From assembly GCF_902713615.1 (NCBI RefSeq), contig NC_052172.1:124001-188000 (forward strand): a stretch of 64,000 bases of DNA, given 5' to 3'. Both the position numbers and the translations under genes were made by a program. Position 1 is the stretch's first letter. Every line of letters begins with the position of its first letter. The stretch is from Scyliorhinus canicula. Lineage: Eukaryota. The notes beneath the pieces are model-generated. The model ran no database searches, was not told the origin of the DNA, and was given only the letters and a program-made list of their open reading frames with translations. Of this stretch, positions 24,020 to 37,552 are shown piece after piece.

Positions 24020-27000
24020 AGAGTGCAGTCCGCCCCCCCTTTTTCACCCCCGTGGCGGGTGTGTGGCAGCTGCCACTTTGCTTTAGGCCCGTCCGGGGCT
24101 GAAGAACGCTGCCCGGCTTACAGTGACTATCTGCTGCTGCCCTGTGACACCTGCTGTTGTGGTGCCACGTCTTTCCCCTATTACCCTGGTTGTGCCATAC
24201 CAAAGGTGGGCATAGCCAGGACCCCAGGGGCATCCTCCACTCTGCCGGGGGCAGGGCGGCCAAGAACCTGTGCGGGGGCGACAGCCTCTCGACCCTCCGC
24301 GGCCCCCTCGCCATTCCGCCTACTAACGCTGGCAACTTGGGGTCAAATGTTATGCCCATCCCACCATGACGATCGAGGCGTGCACTCGTGTGATGGCCGG
24401 GGTCGTCGGCCCCTTGGCCATCGTAGCCGCTTCTACGATGTATGGCAAGGCCGTGTTTTTCCTGCGTGCCGAGCAGGCGGCCCACCGTGTCCTGGAAAGG
24501 GGGTTCACAGTGGGTGGGACACATGGCGGTGGACCCGCTGGAGGCCACTGCTGAACGTGTCAATGTCCCACCCTACCTCCCCACTGAGCTCCTCCTCCCC
24601 CATCTCAACTTCCTGGGGGAGGTCAGGTCCGGGGTGGCACCTCTGACACTCGGCCTGCCGGGACCCTTCCCTCCGTCATGTATTCTCCTTCCGGCATCAG
24701 GCTTTTGCCCGCCTTACCTGGGAGAAGGTCACGGAGGGAGGGTTTGTGGTTCCCCACCAAGGGAAGGATCATTAAGAGATCCGGTCTGTGGATGGTATGC
24801 AGTGCCATGCTTACAGAGGGCTGGGGCATATTCACCGCAACTGCCCCACCCTGACGGCTGCCGCCAACACCAGCTCCAGGACGGCCGTGGCTGGCACGGC
24901 CCCCCTCTCCTCTACCACCTCTTTGTCTGCCCAGCAGCCGGCCCCTAACAACACCGTAGCTGCTGGCGGGGGGGAGGGGGAGCCTCCGCTAGCCAAGAGG
25001 CAGCCTAAAAAGGCCAAAGGGAAGACGGCGCGACGGTCAGACCGGGCCCATCCACACCTTGGCCCCATCACGCATACTGACCCCGTGCCCGTCCCAACCA
25101 ACTTAGAGGCTGCAGCCTCACCTCTGGATACCGCCACCGCCTCACAACAACATGAGGGGCCCGGAGAGACCAACACACGGGGTCCGGAGGGCGGTGGGGA
25201 CCCTGTGTACGGCCCCGAGCTGGAGGCTGTTCCAGCCTCACCACAGTCCCAGGGGCTGGGCGATGGGGCGGGGGGGTGCTCGGCGATGGGGCGGGGGGGG
25301 GCTCGGCGATGGGGCGGGGGGGGGGGGGGCTGGGCGATGTGGGGGGGGGGGGACGCTGCCGAGGACCCTCCAGCGGTGGAGGCCCCACAGCAAGATCAGC
25401 CTGCCCCTCTCCGCAAGCACCGCCGGCCCGTGTTGGAGGAGGTGGTGGATCTCGCTATCCCCTCCCCAGGCGAGCGGGGTCAGGTATCTCCTGGGTTTAT
25501 TCCCATCATACTGACGTCCAGCCCCGTTAAAAAGAAGGCCAAGGCAGCCTCCAAGGCCGCTGAGGCTCCTGAGCTGCCTTCGTCCCCCGAGCAGGGAGGC
25601 CGGGGGTCGGGCGGAGACCTGACCCCCGAGTGCTCGTTCCGCCCGGTGTAGTTTTACTCTCCGGTCACCTCCTTTTGTTCATCGCTGGGGGCTGGCAGCA
25701 GCCACCAGAGCCCCGATATCTTCAGGTTGTGGGCGGGCGACGGCGAGGAAGGTTCCCCACTCACAAGGCCCATGCAGACGATGCCAAGGAGCCCAGGATC
25801 CATCCTGGAGCTGTTCCCGGGTCTCTCCGAGGGCCCGGCAATGACGGTGGAGGCAGGGTCGGAGCCGCCGCCGTCCACGGACTCTGAATCGATGGGAGAG
25901 CCTGTGAGCAACCCGCCTCAGGGCGATCCTGGGGGATGGATTGACCCAGACCAAGGGGAGCAGCGCCAAGCTGTTCACACCTGAGGGAGTGGAGAGGGCA
26001 ACAACCCTCTATTTCCCCTGAGCACTGAGTTATGGCTGATTGGTGAAGGACACATGCTACAACTGACATGGAGGTAACCATAGCCAGCCTCAACATCCAC
26101 GGCAGCACGGACGCACATCACCGTTTCCAGTGCTTCTCTGTCCTCCAGGGCGGAAAGTACGGGATGTGCTTCCTGCAAGAAACCCTCGCCATTCCGGGGG
26201 ACGAAGCTAAGTGGACCCTGGAGTGGCAAGAAGGAGACTTCATGAGTCACTTGGCCCCACGTTCGGGCGGGGTGGCTATCTTGTTGGCTCCACATTTTCA
26301 GACAGGGATCTTGAGGATCAAGGAGCCAGTGCCAGGCCGTCTGTTGCATTTAACGATCCGCGACAGGGACGTGGTGCTTCACTTTGTGAATGTATACACT
26401 CCCCTGGCCAGGCCGCAGCAGACGGCTTTCTTTGACAAAGGGTCCACTCTTCTTGGCACCATCTCTGTGGGCGAGTGCATCGTCCTTGGAGGGGATTTCA
26501 GTTGCACCCTCCAGGACAAGGACTGTGGTAGAGTTCAGCGCAGCTCGTAGGCGGTGGTCAAGTTAAGGGACCTGGTCAGGTCCTTCGACTTGGTGGACGT
26601 CTGGCAAACTCTCCATCCTGAATCGCAGTGTACACATTTGTGGGCCCTCTGTTCGGAGCGTCCAGAATCGATCGTCTTTACATTTCTAGGATGTACTTGC
26701 CCAGCGTTCCGACGGCATCTCTGGAGCTGGTGCCGTGCTCGGATCATCACCTGGTGTGGGTGGGGCTCGGCCCGTCCCGCGCTCAGGCACGGTCCGCGTA
26801 CTTGCACTTTAACAACACGCTGCTGGACAACGAGCGGTTCCTGGACTCGTTTTGCCGGTTCTGGGCCGGCTGGACGTTTGCAGAGTTCTGTGGGAGGACC
26901 TGCCTCAGGTCGGCCCGGACGGCGTCTGGAGGCTCGAACATACCATCAATCTTCAAGAGCTGACCCGTGCCCTCGACAGCTTGTCAAGGGGCAAGACCCC

Positions 27001-29615
27001 AGGGCTGGACGGGCTGACCGTGGAGTTCTTCAGGGCGTTCTGGGACGTCCTGGGGAGCGACTACGCTGGGGTCCTGGGGGAATGTATCGCGACCGGGGAG
27101 ATGCCCGTTTCATGGCGCAGGGCCGTTATTGCCCTGCTGCCCAAGAAGGGGGATCTCCGCCGACTTAAAAACTGGAGACCGGTCTCCCTTCTCGGCACAG
27201 ACTACAAAATATTTGCCAAGGTCATATTTTTGCGCCTCTACCCTATGCTGGACCACATGATCCACCCTGACCAGTCCTACACCGTCCCGAACTGCACCAT
27301 TTATGATAATATCCATGTGGTCCGGGAAATTATCAATCATTCCAGAGGACTGGTATGTTGAGCGCCTTCCTGCCTCTTGACCAGGAGAAGGCGTTCGACA
27401 GGGTGGGGCACGAGTATTTGCTCGGGACTCTGCGAGCCTTTGGGTTCAGGACGGACTTTGTCGCCTGGATCCGATTACTGTACGTTGCCTCGGAGTGTCT
27501 GATTAAGGTTAACGGTCCCTGACTGCACCCGTTAACTTTGGGAGAGGAGTGCGTCAGGGCTGCCCCTTGTCTGGCCAACTTTATTCTCTTTGCGTGGAGC
27601 CTTTCCTGTGCCTCCTGCGGAGGAGGTTGCCGAGGCTGGTTCTGCGTGAGCCGAGCCTGGCGGTGGTCCTTTCGGCTTCAGCTGATGATGTGCTCCTCAT
27701 GTTCACTGACCCCGGTTGATCTGTTGGGTAAGCTGGGTCTATGTGGACTGTGTTTGATGCAGTGTAGGGAGAGACGGGCTTCCAACACTTGATGAGATGC
27801 AACACGATGTTATTTAACATCTAACTATATTACATGCTTAACTGTGGGTTGACACTATGCTGACTTGACTGGAGACCTGAGGCTAGCCTGACCAGACTAA
27901 CTGACTACCACATGGTGTTTGCACTGGCTGCTGCTCACGAGCTCTGACTGTCTCAGAGACTGGATCCCGAGAGAGCGGGAAAACTGGTGCCCTCTGGCTT
28001 TATAATGGTTATGTCCTGTCTGGTGATTGGCTGCTGTGTTCTGTGAGCTTACTGGTCATCCTGTGTGTCAATCACTGCCTGTCAGCACTCCATCATATAC
28101 ATGGTTGGATATTATGATATCTCACTCCTTTTTTAAAAAAGTATGTGTTCAGGTAATAAATATTGAGGTGTGTGTAGGTGAAGATGTGTTTCGGTACTTG
28201 ACTGTATACAGTGCTGTCCTACAGGGGTCGAGTTCTCATCATAAACCAGCTGATAGCCTCCATGCTGTGGTACCGGCTGGTCACATTGACCCCTCTCCCT
28301 GACTTTGTCACACGCATCCAGAGAACTCTGATTCGATTCTTCTGGGACAATGTATTGCACTGGGTCGCTGCGGAGTTCTTGAGTCTCCCAATAGCGGAGG
28401 GCGGTCAGACGCTGGTGTGCCTTCGCATCCACATTGCGACTTTCCCCCTTCAGACTCTGCAGTGATATCTGTACTTTGAACCTCCTCGACGATGGTGTGC
28501 CCTGGGGACGTATTTCTTCCGCCAGTTCCACGGCCTGAACTACAACCTGCAACTACTGTTTGTTGGCCAGCAAGGTCTTCAGAATTCTTTGTTGGCACTG
28601 CCCGTCTTGTACCAGGACCTTCTCAAAGTCTGGAACATGGTCGCCACGCGCCACAGCTCCCCCCCTGTCAGGAGCAGTTGCTATCGTAAGGGAGCCGCTG
28701 CTCAGGAATCCGCATCTCCGCCAATATCCATTCCGGTGGCTGGCGGAGTGGGGGGCTGTGGATGCCGGGGTGACCAGGATCAGGGATGTGCAGGGTGGCA
28801 GAGGAGTGGACTGGGTGACGCCCTACGAGCTCGCCGGGCGCGGACCATCCAGCACGCGGCCAAAATCATCCGAGGGCTCTAAACGGTCATGCTCGGCCCC
28901 GTGGGCACTCGAGACGGCGCAGTTGTACCGTGGCATCCCGTCTGAGCGGACCCCTGCTCGGATGGAATTCCACGTTGTTCCCAGGCCCAGGAACCCCCTC
29001 CGGGTGCCGGTACCCCACAACCCCAGCCGCCTCACGGAAACACCTCCCGTTTCTTTTTGCACCGCGCGGAGGGTTTTACTGTACGGCCTGCTGCTGCACA
29101 CTTTCCACCTCCTTGCCCTCACCCGGCATCCAGACCTGCCTTGTTGCCGTCCGGTGGCAGACGTCCCCACTGGAGGTCGCTCGACGGAGGCGTCCTCCCT
29201 GTCAGATTTGGGGACCTGGAGTGGAGGGAGCTGCACAAGGCAGTGCCGTGCAACCGTAGGTTAAGTCACCACACGGCCTCCCCAGAGACCTGTCACGTTT
29301 GCGGCCTGGTGGAGACCGTGGAGCATGTGTATGTTGTCTGTCCTCGGCTGCATTCCCTTTTTAGTTTTTTGACGACATTGTTGTTTTTGTCTTTGCACTT
29401 TAGCTCCACGTTCCTGACCTACGGACATCCGGAGCAGGGGGGAGGGTGGAAGGTGGAGGGCCTCCTTGTGAACCGGCTCCTGGGCCTGGCCAAACTTGCC
29501 ATTGATAGGTCCAGTTAGTGGGTGACCGAGGGGGTCATCCGGCCTGACTGTCTGCCCCTCTTCCGCGGCCTCGTTCGTGGCCTGGTGTCCCTGGAGCTGT
29601 AGCATGCGGTGACCA
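24020..29615 (+). mobile_element. Tx1-clade non-LTR retrotransposon, degenerate
   Basis: ORF1 IVAASTMYGKAVFFL and CCHC-like CHAYRGLGHIHRNCP; ORF2 IASLNIHG..FLQET, KTPGLDGLTVEFF, LKNWRPVSLLGTDYKIFAK, DQEKAFDRV, CHVCGLVETVEHVYVVC. Confidence 0.9.
27722..28215 (-). mobile_element. LTR-retrotransposon (Gypsy-type) 3' LTR (~27722-28120) with PPT, nested in Tx1 RT
   Basis: Interrupts RT; minus strand shows purine tract AAAAAAGGAGTGAGA, TATAAAG and terminal ..AACA. Confidence 0.55.
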
Positions 29616-30858
29616 AATACAGTCACAAACATCCCACACCTTTTGTTTTTTTTTGATAGTAGTATTAAATAATCAGCACAGTTGCTTTCCGGGAAAAAAA
29701 ATGTACTTGGCTATTCCCGTCATTTGTGGAAGAGGTGCTGCTAAATTGACTTAATTTGAGGTTAATCTGTTCAGCAATTTTATTTGTTGATGGTATTCGG
29801 CAATTGGTATGGCTCAGCAAATGAGACCTGTCAACCCATCATCCAGTTTTTCTTTCTTCAGAAAAGTACTATTTGGGGTAGGATGAGATATAAGGAGATT
29901 TTGCCTTTTGATTTGCCAGCACGGTAAATGGTATCTAGAAATCGCTATAGCTCTGATTATGGCCTGTGGCCCTTACTCATTAATATGATGGGGCTATTCC
30001 CAGCATGGCATAAGTGTCTAAATCGTTGTTCCCACTGGCAATAATATTGCTTTCTGCTCTCTGGATTCCTGGCAGCTTCTGAAGTAAATGACTGTTGTCC
30101 TGTGAGAAATGTACTTGGTAAACATGGAAAATTCTGAGTTAAAAGTAATTGTCAAGTGGCAGAGTCATCAACAAATGTGGAGATAAATCTGTGACAAACC
30201 ATGTCCTTAGTTCATTCACCTTATTATCTGCATGCCTGTATTCTCTTCAAAAGCCATTTTGTGTGCTTCAGCAACCTGCATCAGTATAGCGTTAACAGCA
30301 GAGAAAGGGATTTTGTGAGGACACCTTGCAGGCCCTTATGAATTTGGATACTGTTTTGGTTTTTTGACCTGATTACCACTCAGAATCCAGGTTTATCAAC
30401 AGCTTAACTCATTAGAAGATGCACCAATGAAGAATTGGCAAATTCTACAAGATTTCAACCTACAACCCCATATTGACTGCTTACAACAGTGGTGTAACTT
30501 GCAGAAATGTCAGTCGTCACTTAGGCTTTCTCATATTGAACCATTAGTTCATCACTGGGCTTTAGTTCATCAGTGGCAAATTGCCCTCCAATATAGGCAG
30601 TCTGTTTGATCTTGAAATCATTGCAACCATGCCTAATCTGACCTTCATTCAGTGTTTGTGCACTTGTACTTTGTAAAACTAGCTGCAGAACATCAATCAG
30701 AGGAATCACACATTTCATCTCTCACTGATCCAGAAACACAGCCTGTTGCCAATCTGCTGAGAGCAGATAACAAACTAGGGTCAAACCTGGAATCTTATTG
30801 GCTCAGCCTCTCACTGAATTACCTTTCTGAGCTACCGCGGGAACTTGTAGTTTTTGAC

Positions 30859-31990
30859 TACAACACGGGCTCTATAGGAGGGTTTGCTCTATCTGTGATG
30901 ACAGTGAAATGGGGAATATTCCCATTGATTCTCAGTGCGAATTGCTGCGCGGATCTGCGCATGTCCGGTTTAGCCCCGCCCTCTGCCTGTCGTCACTCTG
31001 AGTAAGAGCGCATGCGCAGCCCCTCCAGCGAGGAAACAGCGTTCTCATTGCAGCAGCTCATCCATTTGGGAGTGTGAGCAAAGAGGCTCAGAGATCATTA
31101 CTGACTCGGGGGGAGTTCAGGGAGAATCGGGGGCTGTTTGCAAGAGGCGCAGCGGGAGCCCCATCTTGTTCTGGGACTTGGAGTGAGCGGGGGGAAGGGA
31201 GAGCTCTTTCTGGGCCTGGCTTATTGTCTGATTCTGGGGCAGGATTTGGACAGTATTTTCTTTATTTTACTGATTATAAATTGAAAGAATTGATTGATCT
31301 CTCATTGGCCTCAGCTGACCCTGATTTACAAGATATTTGTTTTCTTCCCCCTAGTTCAACTGATGAAGAGATGAGTTCCCAGAACAAGATGATGATTCCT
31401 CAGCAACATGAATGTGCCGCCGTCTCCTTCTAACTGACAGTAAGTACAATATTAATCCAACATTGCAGAGACACAGACACAACATCAGCTCCACCGTCAC
31501 AGGGAACAGAAGCAGTCACACTTACATTGACCTCAACTCCCAGATAAACATGTCCAATCCAACAGTGATACACGAGAGGGCAGGTGGGATAATTTTCCAC
31601 AATTCACCCCTACTCCATATCATGGAACGTTGGATCAACTTGTTGTAATGACAGCTTTTCATCTGTAAAGTAATCAGGATAGTATTAATTAGGTTATAGA
31701 TTGAACAATCAATGTGGAAGTATCCATTTGCACTTCATTATAATTTTGTTGGATTAAAATATATCCGGAAGCTCATTCATCTCACAAGTTGTGAACTTTA
31801 GGTGCTTGTAAAAAGGTCAGTGCTGCTGATTGAAAAGAACAGAATTATTCATGAGATTGAACTGAGACAAGTCCCAAAGCTAAATATTGGGGGAATATCC
31901 AATTCTCCCAACAAGCATGTCTTTCGAGACTTGTGGGAGGAAACCGGAGCATCCGGAGGAAACCCATGCAGACACGGGGAAGACGTGCAT
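30859..31990 (+). repeat. Promoter/exon cassette, copy 3 (inverted; first donor deleted)
   Basis: Reverse complement of copy 2; candidate 85-nt exon 31355-31439; shares the downstream SINE fragment found at 9560-9760. Confidence 0.85.
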
Positions 31991-33450
31991 ACTCTTTACA
32001 CAGTGTCCTGCTTTACACACTGCCCTGCTTTACACACTCCCCCGCTTTACACACTGCCCTGCTTTACACACTGCTCAGCTTTACACACTGCCCTGCTTTA
32101 CACACTGCCCTGCTTTACACACTGCCCTGCTTTACACACTGCCCTGCTTTACACACTGCCCTGCTTTACACACTCCCCCACTTTACACACTGCCCTGCTT
32201 TACAAACTCCCCTGCTTTACACACTGCCCTGCTTTACACGCTCCTCTGCTTTACACGCTCCCCTGCTTTGCACACTGCCCTGCTTTACACACTGCTCAGC
32301 TTTACACACTGCCCTGTTTTACACACTGCCCTGCTTTACACACTCCCCTGCTTTACAAACTTCCCTGCGTTACACACTGCCCTGCTTGACGCACTGCCCT
32401 GCTTTACACACTGCCCTGCTTTACACACTGCCCTGCTTGACGCACTGCCCTGCTTGACGCACTGCCCTGCTTGACGCACTCCCCTGCTTTACACGCTGCC
32501 CTGCTTTACACACCGCCCTGCTTTACACACCCCCCCGCGTTACACACTCCCCCGCGTTACGCACTCCCCTGCTTTATGCACTTTCCTGCTTTACACACTG
32601 TCCCACTTTACACACTGTCCCGCTAAACACACTGCCCTGCTTTACAGACTCCCCTGCTTTACACACTGCCCTGCGTTACACACTGCCCTGCTTGACGCAC
32701 TGCCCTGCTTTACACACTCCCCTGCTTTACACGCTGCCCTGCTTTACACACCGCCCTGCTTTACACACTCCCCCGCGTTACACACTCCCCCGCGTTACGC
32801 ACTCCCCTGCTTTATGCACTTTCCTGCTTTACACACTGTCCCACTTTACACACTGTCCCGCTAAACACACTGCCCTGCTTTACAGACTCCCCTGCTTTAC
32901 ACACTGCCCTGCTTTACACACTGCCCTGCTTTACACACTGCCCTGCTTTACACACTCCCCTGCTTTACACACTGCCCTGCTTTACACACTGCCCTGCTTT
33001 ACACACTGTCCCGCTTTACACACACCCCTGCTTTACACACTGCCCTGCTTTACACACTGCCCTGCTTTACACACTGCCCTGCTTTACACACTGCCCTGCT
33101 TTACAGACTCCCCTGCTTTACACACTCCCCGGCTTGACACACTGCCCTGCTTTACACACTGCCCTGCTTTACACACTGCCCTGCTTTACACACTGCCCTG
33201 CTTTACACACTTTCCTGCTTTACACACTGCCCCGCTTTACACACTGCCCTGCTTTACACACTGCCCTGCTTTACACACTGTCCCGCTAAACACACTCCCC
33301 TGCTTTACACACTCCCCTGCTTTACACACTCCCCTGCTTTACACACTGCCCGGCTTTACTCACTGCCCTGCTTGAACCACTTCCTATCATTTCGAAGCTC
33401 CACTAGTTTACACACTTTCTTGTTGTGCGCACCCCTCTATTTTTACACAC
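31990..33450 (-). repeat. 17-bp tandem repeat TTTACACACTGCCCTGC (~80 copies)
   Basis: Directly visible. Confidence 0.95.
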
Positions 33451-35029
33451 TTCTTCGTAAAAAATCTTTTTTCCGGCATTTTTGAAACTAGATACATTGC
33501 CGTTTGTTTTCATTTATTGTACAGAACACAAAGGCTTCTTCTCAGGTTTCTCTAATAACGGTCTGTCGCCGTCTGCTCAGTAAACAATCCTCCCTATTCC
33601 CCCACCCCACCCAACTCCCCTCTCCCTCACCTCCCCGCCCAGCTCCCCTCTCCCTGACCCCCCCCCGCCCAGCTCCCCTCTCCCTGACCCCCCCCCCCGC
33701 CCAGCTCCCCTCTCCCTCACCCCCCCCCCCCACCGCCCAGCTCCCCTCTCCCTCACCCCCCCCCCCCCCCGCTCAGCACCCCTCTGCCTGATCCCCCCCC
33801 CCCCACCCAACTCTCCTCTCCCTGAACACCTCCACCCACCCAACTCCCACACAAGCTCTGGGAAATATACCCGGATGGGTGTGGTCTTTCCTCCCCTCTC
33901 TTCTTTCCTTTTCACTGACCATCTAACTGGGTTATTGCTCGTTCCCCTTCCCGTTTGTCTTCGTGTTCCCTCACCGTGCTGTGGTTGCTGCCACTGTTGT
34001 CTCCCCCTGTGCTCCCACCCCCGTTATTGTTTCCTTATCCGTTCCCCGTTCTGGCTCCCCTTTTTTCATCCTCCCCCTTGCTGCCCCCCCTTCTTCACTG
34101 CTGCCCCCATTCTTTCTTGCTGTGTTTTGTGACATCACCTTGCTCCCCCCCAACCCCCAGGTCCTCCCTCGCTTTCCTCTGTCTGTTTCGTCCTGGCTAT
34201 TTCTCCCTGGCTATTCGCTATTTATTCATGTATTGGCCACAAACAGGTCTCGGAATAGTTGGGTGAATGGCTCCCATGTTTTGTGGAAGCTCTCTCCCGA
34301 CCCACAGATGGTGGATTTGATTTTCCCCATTTGGAGAAATTCCGAAAGCCAGTCTGCAGCTTTAGGTGGTGATGCTGATCGCCAGCCGAGCAGGATTCTA
34401 CGGCGGGTGATCAGGGAGGCACGGGCATCCGCCCTCCTCCCCAGGAAGAAATCTGGCTGGTCTGATACCCCGAAGACCGCCAGTTTCGGGCATGGCTCTA
34501 CCCTCATCCCCACCAGCTTGGACATTGCCTCGAAGAAGGCTGTTCAGTACCCACCAAGTCTGGGGCAAGACTAGATCATGTGGGCATGGTTGGCTGGGCC
34601 TCCTTGGCACCGTTCTCATCTATCCTCCACCTCTGGGAAGAATCTGCTCATTCGGGTTCTGGTCAACTGGGCCCTATGTACCACTTTTAGCTGCGTTAGG
34701 TTGAGCCTCGGGCATGTGGAGGGAGAGTTGACCCTGTGCAGTGCTCCGCTCCAGAATCCCTAGTCTATTTCTAACCCAAGCCTGCCTCCCATTTCCTCCT
34801 TGTCGTGTCCAGTTCGATGTCGGTCCTCTCTAGCTGTTGTTTGTACATGTCTCTACAGTTCCTTCTGCCTAGGATGTCTGCGTCCAGTAGCTCTTCTAAT
34901 AGTGTCTGTCGTGGTGGTCGCGGATATGCCCTTGTCTCCTTCCGGAGGAAGGTTTTAAGCTGCAGGTATCTGGGGTTGTTGCCTTTAGCTAGTTGGAATC
35001 TCTGCATCAGTTCTTCCAGTGATGTGACC

Positions 35030-35690
35030 CTACCGTCAGTGTATACGTCCCTGACTGTCAATGTCCTCCCCATCCTGTCTCCCCCTACCATCAGTGTATA
35101 GGTCCCTGACTGTCAGTGTCCCCCCATCCTGTCTCCACCTACCGTCAGTGTATAAGTCCCTGACTGTCAATGTCCTCCCCATCCTGTCTCCACCTACCGT
35201 CAGTGTATAGGTCCCTGACTGTCAATGTCCTCCCCATCCTGTCTCCACCTACCGTCAGTGTATAGGTCCCTGACTGTCAATGTCCCCCCCCATCCTGTCT
35301 CCACCTACCGTCAGTGTATAAGTCCCTGACTGTCAATGTCCCCCCATCCTGTCTCCACCTACCGTCAGTGTATAGGTCCCTGACTGTCAATGTCCTCCCT
35401 ATCCTGTCTCCACCTACCATCAGTGTATAGGTCCCTGACTGTCAATGTCCTCCCCATCCTGTCTCCACCTACCGTCAGTGTATAGGTCCCTGACTGTCAA
35501 TGTCCCCCCCATCCTGTCTCCACCTACCATCAGTGTATAGGTCCCTGACTGTCAGTGTCCTCCCCATCCTGTCTCCACCTACCGTCAGTGTATAGGTCCC
35601 TGACTGTCAATGTCCTCCCCATCCTGTCTCCACCTACCGTCAGTGTATAGGTCCCTGACTGTCAATGTCCTCCCCATCCTGTCTCCACCT
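35030..35690. repeat. 55-bp minisatellite (~12 copies) amplified from L1 ORF2
   Basis: CCACCTACCGTCAGTGTATAGGTCCCTGACTGTCAATGTCCTCCCCATCCTGTCT repeated; L1 is continuous on both sides. Confidence 0.92.
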
Positions 35691-37552
35691 TTTGAAGGTG
35701 GCGTCGGTGAGTGCTGGTGTGAACCTGTGGTTATTCCACATGGGGCTTTGTCAGATATTTTGGTCAGCCCGAATTGCTGCCGCAGTTGGTTCCACGTCTG
35801 GAGGGTGGCTATCACCACTGGGCTGCTGGAGTGTTTCTTGGGCGGGGATGGGAGAGCCGCCGTGGCGAGGGCCCGGAGGGAGGTCCCCTTGAGGGGGTCT
35901 ACTCTGCGCACATCCACTCGGCTTCTGTCCCCTTTGTCCATCCCATTTCTCTTTCCGCTATCGCTGCCCAGTGTTAGAATTGAAGGTTTGGGCGGGCTAG
36001 CACTCCCCTGGATTTTGGATTCTGTACGACCTTCTTTGTGATCCTAGCATTCTTTCCCCCCATACAAACGCCATGTTTAACTTGTCCAGTGAGTTAAAAA
36101 AGGCCTTGGGGATATAGATCGGGATGGATCTAAATCGGAAGACGTATCTGGGCAGTACGTTCATTTTGATCGTCGGTACTCTCCTCATCATGGTGAGTGG
36201 GAATGTGTTTCATCTCTGTAGGACCTTTTTGACTTCCTCTGCCAGACTGGTCAGGTTCCATTTGTGGATCCCCGCCCAGTGATGAGCGATTTGGATCCCC
36301 AGGTAGTGGAATTTGTGTTGGGCTTGTTTTAGCGGCAGTCCCACCAGTGCTGCCCCTCCCCCTTGCCGGTTCACCGGGAAAATCTCACTTTTGCTCATAT
36401 TGAGTTTGTCGGCCGAGACGGCACCAATCTCTTTCAGGATGCGATGTTTCCTTCCATGCTGCTTTGTGGGTCCGAGATGTAGAGGAGCAGGTCATCTGCA
36501 TAGAGCGAGACTCCATGCTCTCTGCCTCCTATTTGGAGCCCCCTCCAGTTCTTTGATGTTTTGAGTGCGACCTGTAATGGTTCGATCGTTGGAGCGAACA
36601 GCAGCAGTGACAGCGGGCATCCCTGCCTGGTGCCCTTGTGCAGCTGTAAGTACTGGGAGCTGGTGTTGTTTCTCCATACGCTCGCCATGGGAGTGTTGTA
36701 CAGGAGCTTCACCCAGGAGGTGAACCCTGGTCTGAACCCGAAACGCTCCTGTACCTCTATAAGGTACTTCCACTTGACTCTTTCAAAGGCCTTTTCTGCG
36801 TCCAGGGAAACTATTATCTTAGGTGCTCTGTCCCCGGATGGGGTCATGATCACCTTCAGCAGGAGCCTGATGTTCAATGTCAGCTGTCTACCTTTGACAA
36901 AGCCCGTTTGATCCTCTACGACCACCTCTGGTACGCAGTCTTCTCGTCTTTTGGCCAGGATCTTGGCCAATATTTTGATGCCTTTGTTTGGTAGCGAGAT
37001 GGGTCAGTATAAACCGTATTCAGTCGGGTCTTTCTTCGGTGTTAGCGAGATTGAGGCTTGTGCTGGCATAGGTGGCAGTCTGCCCCTTGCCAGCGAGTCT
37101 GTGAATATCTCCCGCAGGTGTGGGGCCAGTGCTGTTGCAAATGTTTTGTAGAAGTCCGCCAGGAACCCGTCTGGCCCGGCTGCCTTCCCCGCCTGCATGG
37201 AGCTTATACTCTCCATGTCCTCTCCCAGTTCTAGCGGTGCTCCCAGGCCCCATTTTCTCTCCTACCCCACGACTGGCATGTCTAGTCTATCAAGGAACGG
37301 TTTCATCCCCGAGCCCCCTGTTGGGGGATCTGAGGTGTACAGTCCCCAGTCAAAGTCCTTGAAGGTCCTGTTAACCTTGTTTGGGTCTGTTTCTAATGTG
37401 CCTCTGTTGTCCCTAATTTGCGTGATCAGTCTGGTGGCTGCCTGCTTTCTCAGCTGGTGTGCCAACAGGCGGCTGGCTTTGTCCCCGTGTTTGTGTAGGG
37501 TTCCCCGTGCCTGGTGGAGTTGGTTCACTGCTTTCCTCGTGGAGAGCAGATC

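Noticed and set aside
31355-31445. C/D-box snoRNA-like pattern (TGATGA..ATGATGA..CTGA)
   Set aside because: No terminal stem or recognisable guide, and the C box is mutated in copy 1; splice signals explain the segment better (an Infernal/Rfam search would settle it)
31802-33375. Cys/His-rich ORFs (LYTLPCFTHCPALHTA)
   Set aside because: A 17-bp repeat read in three frames; not a zinc-finger or metallothionein gene
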